DNA of 64,000 nucleotides from Phoronis australis (Eukaryota; Animalia; Phoronida), in the NCBI GenBank assembly GCA_002633005.1, contig NMRA01000708.1, forward strand, positions 62,001 through 126,000, read 5' to 3'. Shown one piece after another: positions 13,130-25,100 of the stretch. Made by a program: the position numbers and the translations under genes. Under the pieces are notes generated by a model, which was given only the letters and a program-made list of their open reading frames with translations, had not been told where the DNA came from and did no database searches. How positions within the stretch are numbered: position 1 is the stretch's first letter; the number at the start of each line of letters is the position of its first letter.

Positions 13130-16100
13130 TCAAACAATGTGCGGTTTAGTGAGAGTGTCCGGTATCTTCAGCTCCCTGCGTACATAGAACAGGATGTAGG
13201 CCTTGCACCTTGCTACCGTTTCCTCATCACATGCGGTCACGCTGCTGTCGTTGAAGTGGTACCATCGCCCCTCGTGTATGGCGTATGCCGTGTAGTGACC
13301 TGACCCGGCCCTGCAATATAACTCATCAGTCAGTGCTACAAATATACAATGACAAAACCCAAGAATGTAGCAGTGGGACACTTTGAGACGGGGCCACCCG
13401 GCTGTACCAGGAGGTATTTCGATAGGGGAACATTTTAACTTTGTGAGAAGTACCTCTTACAGTGCACGTGGCAACGCGAGGTGCGTTTTAAACAAAAGTG
13501 GAATTGCCTCCTCATCCACTAGAGGTCACTAGTATTCAGTTTCATGTGATCAGTCACCACATTGCTGCTTGAAAGCCTCCAACTCACCACACTAAAACTG
13601 TCCGGAAGACCCTTTTGTGGGTGTTGTGTATTATTCCACAAGGCCCAGGAGCATGACTGCCAATCCCTCTGCTATCAAAAGCTCAAGGCTTCAAGCACAG
13701 CTGGCACTCAGCACTGCTGCAGGACCATTTCACAACACTATATATGCTATTGAGATCACGTGCCTTGCTAGCAATGCATGGCAACATTGAACAATGACTT
13801 GCATAATCTCACCAAACTTGCCAGACACTAGCCTTAACAAACGCAGCTCAGTCTCAACACCTCGATACGCAACAACTTAAACTATAAGTCTGTAATGGCC
13901 AATTTAATAAAGCAATGTATTGCTGAAAATTTGTGAAATAAAATTTGATTGGACATACTAATACGCAAAAAATATTTTTGGGGAGAAATTTGGCAAGAAA
14001 CATTAATTTAACAGCCTGCAACCACTCAACAAGCAGCGTCTACAATACACATCATACATTGCCAACATGAATTATTGTAAAAATGTTCCAACAACAAATC
14101 GCGCATGTAGTGAATTAGCGTGAGTGATGAATTACCAGCACTGAAACACCGTTATACGCAGAATTACGGCAAACACAGACATCAACATGTGAAGGACTTC
14201 AGACTACAAAGATCAGCAATCGCGAGCTCAGAACTCTAGCCTAAGAGTAATCATCACAGTCCGTCCTTCATTGGTATTAATGTTCTAGACGTGACAAATT
14301 GTGCGCCAAAGCTTCTCGAAAACATCACTCGTATTTTCTTCCGGTGTTGCGAAACAACCTGGGAGAATATTGTAAAGTTTTTTCCTATAAAATCTGAATT
14401 CAAATTATTTGCACCATAAATTTCAACTAGATGAATGATCAAGTCCAACAAATAAGTCCTTCATTCCTCTTCCCTCACCCCTCAAACAATACGAGATCGG
14501 CTTACCCTGATCCATGATGTACAATAACAGCTGCCAGATCATATTCATTGCTACCACCACTGTTTCTGGTGCCATGCTGAAAAAAATGATGTTAAACTAT
14601 GCTACTGACGACTCATTAGAGATCTTGTCCATGAGCAAAGAGGCAATGGCAGCTCATTAGTTGAGAAGTGTGTGATGCTCTACAAAGATCCATATAAACA
14701 TATCCAAGGGTTTACGTGCCTAACAAACAACAATTCCGTTGTCCGAATAATTGCTTCACACGACTTGATTTGAACAGAATTTACTTTCCACACGGAGAAC
14801 TCTTGTAAAGTGAGACCGGGAAATTAGTAGTCCACACACCCTTGAATACAATAATTGGACAACTCTTAATGGTAACTGTCATATCTGATTGACTTCTCAA
14901 AAATTAACACTGCAAAGCAGTGGCTGACACATCAAAAGCACTATGGAAAGGATCTCAGAAACTTCAACCTATTCAGCAGTACAGAGTTCAGAACTCTAGC
15001 CTAAAGTTATCATCATGAATCCTTCCACCTACAGAAAAGACAGTGGTAAATTCATGGTTATTGGTTATTAAAATTCATGGTTATCAGACCTTTGCCATTA
15101 CTCTTCAACACGCCCTGCATGTTATCACAAGAAAGGGTGATGTCTGTATGTCTAAGTGGTAGCTGAGAAACTACTCTAAACAGTCGTTATACAAACTATT
15201 TTCCCCGGAAGATGACCGCCCCTTGCCGTCTTTACGGACGTCCTGGCACAGCATCATAATGGTTGCACATTCCAGATACTCCATACTACACTGTGTTGTC
15301 AGTCACAGGCATTGACCAAGTGTGGTTTAGCCAGAAAGGTACACAAATAAATAATCCATAATGATATAGTAACTTTTTCTGTGCCCGTTATAATTATACC
15401 TTATAGATTTCACATTGCATACAGATAGTCCATTTCAACCCTATCAATGAAACAGACCAATGCATGGTATACTCTACTTAACCTTAACACTGACCAAGTT
15501 GCCCAGCACAAAGTGGCTCATGTCTAGACCGTGAACGGGGAACTCCACAAATGTCTCCACCTTCACTCTCATGTACGTGTTCCAGCGGAAACGCTTCAGG
15601 TGTAAACATAGCACCTGTAATGAATAAACACGCAACACGTCAATTAATCAGAGAATCTTTTAAAGCAACTATTAACCCTCATTCTGTCCAAGAAGCAAAC
15701 TTTTGATTTAGGTTACTGTCACATTAATTTTAACAACCTATCACTTCTTTCTTAGCCCTGAAATAATGTTCAATTAGAATAAGGAACAATTTGAGACCAA
15801 TCCCATAATGTTAAGTGGTATAAATCAAAAATTGTTCTTTGTGATGAAAGGGGAGTATATACCTACTTTAGCACGCATTTTACCACTGTGTTAAAAGACA
15901 GGTGTAGCTCAGTGGCTTGTATTCCAAAGTTCCATTGATTCGATTCAAGTTTGACGACACTGGCCAATGACTGAGCACTGCACTATCATGTTTCTGATCA
16001 TATGAACTCTGTCTTAACAGTGGAGCATCAAAGTGGACAAGAACTTGGAAAAGGAATTTCTGACAACAGGCTAATATTTTTAAAAGATATTTGCCAACAT

Positions 16101-19100
16101 CTTGTGACTTTTTTGCACACGTGATGGTCAAATTCTGTTACTCAACACTGCAAGCTGAACGGCATACAGCCAATGAAATAACTTTGAATCCCAACCATCT
16201 ATTTGCAATGTAAAGAACACTACGGATATCTATATTTGTCAAGTGACCTCCACTACAGCATCACACATACGAACACTTAACATCAGTAAAATTTCAAAAG
16301 TGTTACTCAGAGAAATCAAAGAATCCTCAAACTCTGCTAGAAGCAGATCAGAACTCTAGCCTTTGTGATCATCATAGTAACATTCAGGGGAAAATTAATA
16401 AAAAAAGTTTAAGTAGAGAACTCATTGACATTCTGAATTCAACATCTCATTCAGTATTTCCAATTGGCATGGACACCTATAAGACTATTTTGAGCTATTG
16501 ATATTCACAATTAGCAAGAAGTAGACATGGTGATTTTCAATAGTTTAGAGAATGGCTTGCATAATTTAAGTGACATTAAACCCATGGTTTCTGTCAAAAC
16601 AACAAGTTTTGATGCAGACCATTAACCCTTATAAGAATGGGTCTCTCCTTCATCCTTACTCAGTTTAGAGGGGATCTCTAGCACAAGTACTGGCATTCCG
16701 TTATTTATTCAGACCAAGCTTGTAAAATTTCAGATCGTGGCATGACCTGAAAGTCTACAGGCTTGGTCTCAAACAATATCAAACTGTCAGTTATTTAGAA
16801 CTTTACTAAGGAAACATTTTTAGACCAAACTTTCAGAATGAAAATGGCCTAAATAAAAAATTGTGTGTGACCGAAAATACGGCTTTAATGCCTCTTCAAT
16901 TCGAATACCAATATACTTGTTTCTATAGTTTTACAATTTAACAAAATTCATAACTGAATAACTTCCAACTTTGGCAAAAAGAAAGATGTAAAACTTCTCT
17001 AGACTTCTCCTCTACATCTAAACCCATCTTCTATTCAGTCTGATTTACAGTACTACACACAGCAGACTGTCTATGGAAATGTTATTGATGAGGAAAAAGC
17101 TAAACCCGTGTTTCATACATTCGGCAGTCGACGTATCCAGAACTTTTTCGTGGACGGTTGTCGTCTTTTGCAGTTGCTGCACATATACAGTTCCGATTCT
17201 TCTAGCTGTTCTACGTCTGTGAAACTTTGTAGACAATCTGAAACGCACACACACAGGCTTCTTTCGTAAAATTACTCTGAAAGTGACTTAAGAGAGTAAT
17301 TTGATCTTTCACTTCCAATTCACAACTGCTGAAAAATGGTTAATTCAAGTAACTATGAGCACATCATACTCACAAAATGTGAAGTGTAAAGCCAAACTTC
17401 TGACTCGATTCTTTGATCACTTTTCATGAAAAATACCTGCTACTCATCACCAAGTCACCTATGATATCACAAGACATAAACAAACCTACAACCATCCCAC
17501 AGTGCACTTAAAACGCATTCGCAGCCGCTCACCAACCCAAGATTTGCAATAAATGAAATCTCCCGCATTGCATCATCTATTAATTGCTTTCGTCATTACC
17601 CACACACATACACCCAAATAACAGGCCAGAAGAAGCACAATATACCCTGCAATGCCAAACACTCACATTCCCAAACTGAGTATTTCTTTTAGCAAAACTC
17701 ACCCTGTAAGTGGCAGAGTGTTTCTCCTTCCCTTGGCTTCGGCGTTTTCGACGTAAAGTGCGACGGTATGTCCAGCGACAGATCCAGGAAAGGGTCGTGT
17801 TTTTTTGATTCCACTCCGCAAGTCAGACAGTTGACTTCGTTCTGTAGTATTCCCCCAAAAATGGCCGTCACTATCGTGCTCTTGCCCTTCGGACCTATGT
17901 ACGGGCTCGTCGAGTTTGGGTAGGAGAGTAACGTTAGCAGCTCAGTGTGCAGTCGGTCCAACAGGTAGCGCATGAACTCGTGAGCATCCTGCTGTTGGTA
18001 GCCCCTGAAACAACATTACAATGACAGTTGCAGGCAGTCTGGTACACATTGTATCAAACAAACGTGGGCCGTTCGAGTGGGCCCACTGAGCTGATCACCT
18101 GGAACCCTGTTTATCCTTATTAATATATGAATAAAACGGAGTTGAGGAGCTAGAGATCTGACTCCAGGGCCTATCAGTGGGCCTCAGTGGGACTCGAACC
18201 CACGGCCTTGAGTAAAAGAAGTAGACACCTATCGCACCAGGCCACACTGCCTCCTCTGAAACAATGTTAGTTGGTGTTTCGAAGCCTATCTTGAGTGGTA
18301 ACTTATGATAATTTGGTTTCTTGAGTATGTTGAGAGCATTGCTCTGAGCCCACCAATGCCATAAATTGGCTAATGTAATGAACTGTTAGACTTATTGGCT
18401 TGCTGGGATCTTGAAAAGTAGGCACCACTTTACATGGCACGTGTAATGGAGATTTGACGGTGACAACTGATACCAGAATAGCATGTGCTGAAGGATTTCA
18501 GAATGTACAAAATAGACATCAGTAGTTCAGAACTCTAGCCTAAAGTATTCATCATGAATCCTTCCTTTAGATACAAAAACACAATGGGTCTGTAGGCAAC
18601 TATTAAAGGGGGATTGTGACACATGCAATAATCGGACCTTAAGTGTTCAATAGTCTCCCTCCTCTGTCATTACAAATTCTCGACTTATTAAATAAATGCA
18701 GGATAGTCACAGTCCCGAACGTGGGATACTTCTCTCTGTGTCGATGAGAGTGTGAAAACCCAACAGCCAAATAGCACCTCATGACAGAAGACCGTGACTG
18801 AATCAAGGTACACAATTCCATATGAAAGAGAAGGGTACCTGAATCGAGGCACGACCCTCCACATGACAGAAAACAGTATCCGAATCGAGGCAAAACCTTC
18901 CAAATGACAGAAAAAAGTACCTGAATCGAGGCACGACCTTCCATATGACAGAGAAGAGGGACTCTGGACATATTGCAGCCTTATTTCCCTGCCACAGTGC
19001 AATGAGTGTCTTCCTCAATTCCTCCACTAAAAAGCTGAAATGAAAAAAAAAATCTTGTTCACAGTCCAGCTCTTAACATAAATTGCAAAATCAATAAAAC

Positions 19101-22100
19101 CTGAGCATAAGTGATACTCAGTGCTCACACAGTTCCTAATTTCTAACTTTGGCTCACAACAACAACCTTGATGTCACAGAAGGCCTTATGAACATGGCTG
19201 TGAACTTAGCCAAATCTCAGCAAAACTAAAGATTTTAACTCAATAAAAGTTAACATTTTCTGAAAGTGGAAAACTCGCAGATTTTGAATTAAAACTTTAA
19301 AACAATTTCCCTATAATTGGATCACGTGACCATGTCTTTTTCGCAACATGTTCCAAAAAATAAAGGAGCAGTCACAGCAAACCAATGGTAGCAATATCAT
19401 GTCTTTGACTAAATTTCATTTGATTTAAGTGTTCAAGATGAAATTATTAAATTATTTCATATTCATTCTATCCGATTTTTATAATTTTTTTCAGAAAAAC
19501 TCCTATATTTTTATAGCCCTCATGCAGAAGTTCCGAGAACAGTACATAAACCACGGCATCTGAAAGTTTCATGTAAATCTTCTCTGCCATTTTTGAAATA
19601 TGATGTTCTGAAGTTAACCACATTGGAACATATTTCTAGGGTCTTACTTAACCTTAACTATCAGTCCGAGTGCCAATGATGCAGTGAGCATCATAAAACA
19701 CTTCAAGTTGCAAAGCCAATGTCTTAGCTTGCATAGGCACAGAAAGTGTGACATAACTCTACTGGGGTGGTCTTGGACACTCCACCCTCATTTGTATTAA
19801 TCTTCCCACTTCTCTATGGGCAATTACATTGGGTCAGAAGTTGTAACTAAAAAGTCACCAGTAAACCTGTTTTAGCAAACACTAGGCTAATCTATGGTTC
19901 ACCGCTGTTGAGGCATCAGTTTCAGATTTTGTTGAAATTTGCGGGTTTGAGCAAAAGCGTCAGTGTAACTGAATAGGCCGCTATTTATCTACAGCTTGGA
20001 GTAGTTACTAGGGATGTGACGTAATCACTATCTATCCCTATTGCAGCAGATAGACCATAACAAAGATTAATGGGGATATAATCAAAGTCCACATTATCAT
20101 TAAATCTCATCAGATGACACTGTTCAAAATTCTCACCGAGATAAACATCAGATTTTTACCGCCACCCCCTATTAATACCCCCCCCCCCCGAGCTAGACCA
20201 ACACATCATACATACCATTAGTGTGACACACTTACATGTCGTCAGTTGCTGCCTTGTTCTGCCTTGTGTTATGTTTCTTCTTGCTGTTGTTCACTTTATG
20301 ACAGTGTTCTAGAGATGGCAACTGTTTGATATAGCCACAGAACTGGTGGATGTTGCTATGGAAACAAAGAGACGAGAACACTGATTGGAAAGTAACGGTT
20401 GTATTCTCCACTCGCTAGCCTGTTTACGCAGCTGTAAGCTGCAAACTAGTAGGGCAAGAATGACTCGTCATTTCAGGTATTCGTATGAGGCACGCAATGT
20501 GTGCAGTGTGCAATGTGACAACGTGTCGCAACGCAAGAAAGGAAGATGGCGTTTGAGCCAAGTCACAAAATTAGAACACGCCACAGACACTGGTAATAGA
20601 CTGGATTGCACCAGTTTTCACAATCCATTGGAGTCTTTTCAAACACTAAAAGAAACTTACAAGCTTTCTAAAAAGTACAGCGAGTGTGCTTGCAGCATTA
20701 CTAACTTGGTCGATTTAGGTACATGGTACAAAAAACATACAAAATTACCCAGAATTCCCCCATCACGATGGCTGAGCACAGGCAAAATTCACCATCAGAG
20801 AAGCTAGAACAACCAGTCATGACACCTACTGACAGGTAAGCACCAATCATGGCAGAGGAATTGGTATTTCCTCCGATTACGTTTGGTGTGTATTGTATTT
20901 ACCATCACCTCAGAAAATCTCAATCTACAGTTTATCTCCATCTCACTCCTGTGGTTGCGTAGAATGCAGTTCAAATTTACCTAAGGGACTGTAGAACCGC
21001 ATTCATGAAACAAGTGTTCCCTAAATTTCGCAGACCAGATGTTTTCGGTCGAGGAGGTTTCACTTTGGAACCATCTTCCTGAAAAGCAAATTACACAAGC
21101 ACGTCAACGCAAGCTTACTGGACACGAACAAATGACGGAATGAACAAAAGAGCGTGTGAAAAAGTGACAAAGGGAAGGTGAAGACAAATAAAACCATAAA
21201 ATACTCACCAATTCAGAACACAATATGGTAGACAAGTGAAAGCTTACTTTTGATCGTTTCATAAAACACAGGTAGAACCAAACAAAGGTTTATTATTATA
21301 AAGTATAATATTTTACCAATAGTTACCATCAGACACTGTTATGAGAGAAATTGTGGGTAGTGAAATATCATTAGAAGTCTTTTTTGTTTGAAGTTGTAAA
21401 TTTGAGAATTTACCACACGATCATAACACATTCCTAGCCTCATATTATTCCTCAGTGGCGTTTCATATCTACACATGCATGAACTTTAATCATTACAGAA
21501 AAAGAAAATATTAAATCAAGATCGCTTTTGGAACCAAAAAGCTGTACCTTGACGTTGCCATCATTAAAATGGAATACACATAGACAGGAAGCCATGGGAA
21601 TCTAACAAGAGAGATGTGACACCAGGTTTAAACAATGAATGTCATCCTTCTTTCAACCACATCCTTTGGCTTTAATGACTGAAGTTCGCACATGTGCACA
21701 CGTGAAGAACTCCGAGGGATAATGTGAGCGTACGAAGATACCTGACGTATTCACTGTTCAGGATGTGATACGGACAGCACAGAAGCAGCATTCAGCCTGT
21801 ACATTTCTTCCAGAGAAACATGTCGGCTTCAATGTGGAACCAGCACAAATCAAAGCAGTGACTCTCATTCACTCACCGTTTTTAGCTTCTTTACACACTT
21901 CCCTCCGTCCGACGTCTCTGTTGACTCTCGCCGACGTGGCTTTGGCTGATTGTTCTCTTGTGTGCTGCTGTTGCTATGGTTATCACAGTCCAGACTGAGG
22001 TTTGATCGTTGAATCAGTTCTTCATTTTCCCGATTTTCATCTCGTGCTCTGCACAAACGCAAACACAAACTTCTCAACAGTAAGAACATCTGATCAGACA

Positions 22101-25100
22101 CATTTTCATCATCCAGACAGAGCACACATTAAGTTGCTTGAATACACCAAATTTCTATGAAACAAAACAAAGAAATCCAATGCATAACACGTGAAAACAC
22201 TACAACACAAGCACAAATACCGTGTACAGACAAATCAAAGGATGTTTTGAATTTTATTGTAAATAGAGATCTGGATTTTTCGCTACAGCAGAAAACTGGA
22301 CAGAATTCACAGAATCGAGACTTCTTTCACGGAATTCACATACGTCAGTAAGATCCTATGATTTTAATAAGTTTGGTTTTTAAATACTAAAAATTCAAAA
22401 TTTATCTAATTAATTACCTGAGACTGATTCTGCTCACAAACCGATCACCAACCTCATTGCAAGAAACAGGTTCACGTAGTTGTTCAATCAACTGTTTCTT
22501 TCTAGTTTTCAGAAACAAGAAACATGACATGCAGCAAAGAATCGGTAAAATGGAGCTGCAGCATAAATGCAGTGGAAAGGATGAGATAAGTTCCAAAATA
22601 TTTTCATGTTGTTCATACAATCAGTAAAATGTAATTTGCTCATCGGCAAATGGAAGACACAAAATTTTATGTTTGCTAAAACGGATTTCAAAGCGGAAAA
22701 TCAGTGTGTTTACTAATGCTCTCCACTTTGGTGATCATGCGGCCAATTACATAGAAATAAGCTCATTCGACGGCTCATTCTGATGAAAAACAGTCTAGGC
22801 AACCTGCGTTCTTACATACAACATCTACTTCACATTCAGAGAGTATCGAGAAAGACGACACAAAATCACGCAATAGGAAGGCAAATTAATTCGGGACCTT
22901 ACTCCCAAACAAACACGAAGTCACGCGCAAAAAATGCAAAATCCCCACCAATAAAGAGATTGATCGGACAGGCTTGAACGGTGGCAAGAGCATCGCCAGT
23001 GTCTTACCGTTTCCTTAGGCAACGTAATCAGAAATCTTAGTAGTGAGTGCACAATTGATCTAATGTCCAGTTCCTCACCTTTCTCGTAATGACTGTATAG
23101 ATTGGAGACACTTGCGTACTTGATCTATGTGACCGTGTTCTGTGTCGTTGATTACAAATTCATCACAGATATAACTGCAACAGGATAAAGACTGAATGTG
23201 AGAACCACGCGATTTTGAGCTCCCCGGCCACAAAACCTTCCATACAATCTTACAGAGGAAACAGCTACCATGGGCTTTCTTTTAAAGACACCCGTAATGT
23301 TTTTGATCAATCTTCAGTTAACTAACAACAGTTGCTGTCAAAATTATTATGGTCCTATTTTCAGAGATTGCCTGCCTTATTATTACATGTAAAAAACTAC
23401 AAAGATCAATATTCTTGTATATCACAAATCACACTGACAATGAAGTGGAGTTCTCATAATGATTACTCAGACTGAAAACAAAATGTCACAGACAGGGTCA
23501 TTGACATTGTCTTACATGTATCATCACGCGACTTTTCCATCCTGACAGCAAGACTGTATTCTGGGGAGGACATTGCTCATGCTTTCCTACGGACACCTTT
23601 ATATTTACCCAGAATTCAATGTTAGGGCACCATCACCAGAAGCAGTTGGTCATTGTCTTGTACAGTTGTAATACTTTTTATGAGAAAATTGACAAAACGC
23701 AACTCCTAAATGAAGGATTACCAGGTTTGCGGCCAAATAGGATAAACCCGGTAACACTCCATAAAAATCATTTTCCTAAAATTACATATAATCATGAACG
23801 TCCCTTTGAATCTACATCCCTAATGCATATCAATCCATGCGTGCTACGAACTATCGACTCAAGAGATCTCAGCTTCGATGATCAAAATTTGCTAATATCC
23901 TTGATGGCGTTCTATTTAATGTACGGACAGCCAATGAATAACTAATTGTGTGACAATTGACGTCCATGCTGTACAAGATAAAGCCTTGCTTCATACTCCC
24001 ACTCACCAGAATACTGCGTAGTTTGTACAGTCCATGCAGACTGCGTGTTCATTCTTTTCCCCATGGTGTTCCTTGGCATGTCCATTCACGTACCTGTAAA
24101 CAGTCCACCAGATGTCAAAAGCGACATAAGCATTAAAATATATAGTTCCTTCATTCCCTAAGAATAAAAATTTAGAAATAGAGACTATGGTAATCTCCCA
24201 TTTTGTACGATAATTGCCAAAAGGACATTTTTCCACTTTTCGAATTTTATGATTCATAGTTTTGTTTTTCGATAACAGTTGAGTACAAGTCATGCTAATG
24301 ACGCAGACAACTGTTTCTAAAACTTTATTTTCAAATGGAAAATTTGACAAAATAAAATTCGAGGTTTCCGTCATCTCATGTGCTAAATCGAAAAGTGTGT
24401 ACTGCAACTATTAACAATTGGTTTCAAAGTGTTTGTTACCATGACAACAAATGATTTGTACCATAAAAGGAAGTGAGTGATCACCTGTGACTAAAATGAC
24501 GACGAAAATAATTTTTTGTCATTGCATGGAAAGATTTGAGCAGTTTGCATACATTTCCTTCTCAGATAATACATTTATTTACCCAGAAATCATATTATTA
24601 ATGATTAATGGATATGACTGGGGTTGGGTGACCCCAGCTAAATATCCTTACAGCATAAATATCAATGGATCATACAGAACAAAACAGGCATTTTGAAAAT
24701 AACTCATAGTGATTGGGCATACATTCAACATGAGATTATTATAAACGAGGGGTAGAGGAAAGGGGAAGGACTTTCATACATGCATTCACTCGATTTAATT
24801 AACTTACCGTAAGTAATGTTTACAGTTACGCAAGATTATCCGCATAAAAAGTCAAATTTATTACAAGATGAAGAAGTAGTTAAAAATACCATCACTTGTA
24901 TGAAAAGGATACGTAGTTTTATTCATTTGAATGAGATGCTTACAAAATCCTGCTGCCTGTCAAAAACAAGTCTTGTTTCAGGTCACTTACATCTTACAGT
25001 TGCACACAAACTGTTCCTTCAGTCAAATCTGAGGCGAATTCAGGGTTTTCAAAGCACTACTTATAGTTTATTAATTACTAGAGGCCAGGCTCATAAAATT

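Noticed and set aside
23467-23527. Additional C/D snoRNA in USP3 intron 3 (GTGATGA...CTGA)
   Set aside because: No terminal stem, no D'/C' boxes and no recognisable guide; consistent with chance.
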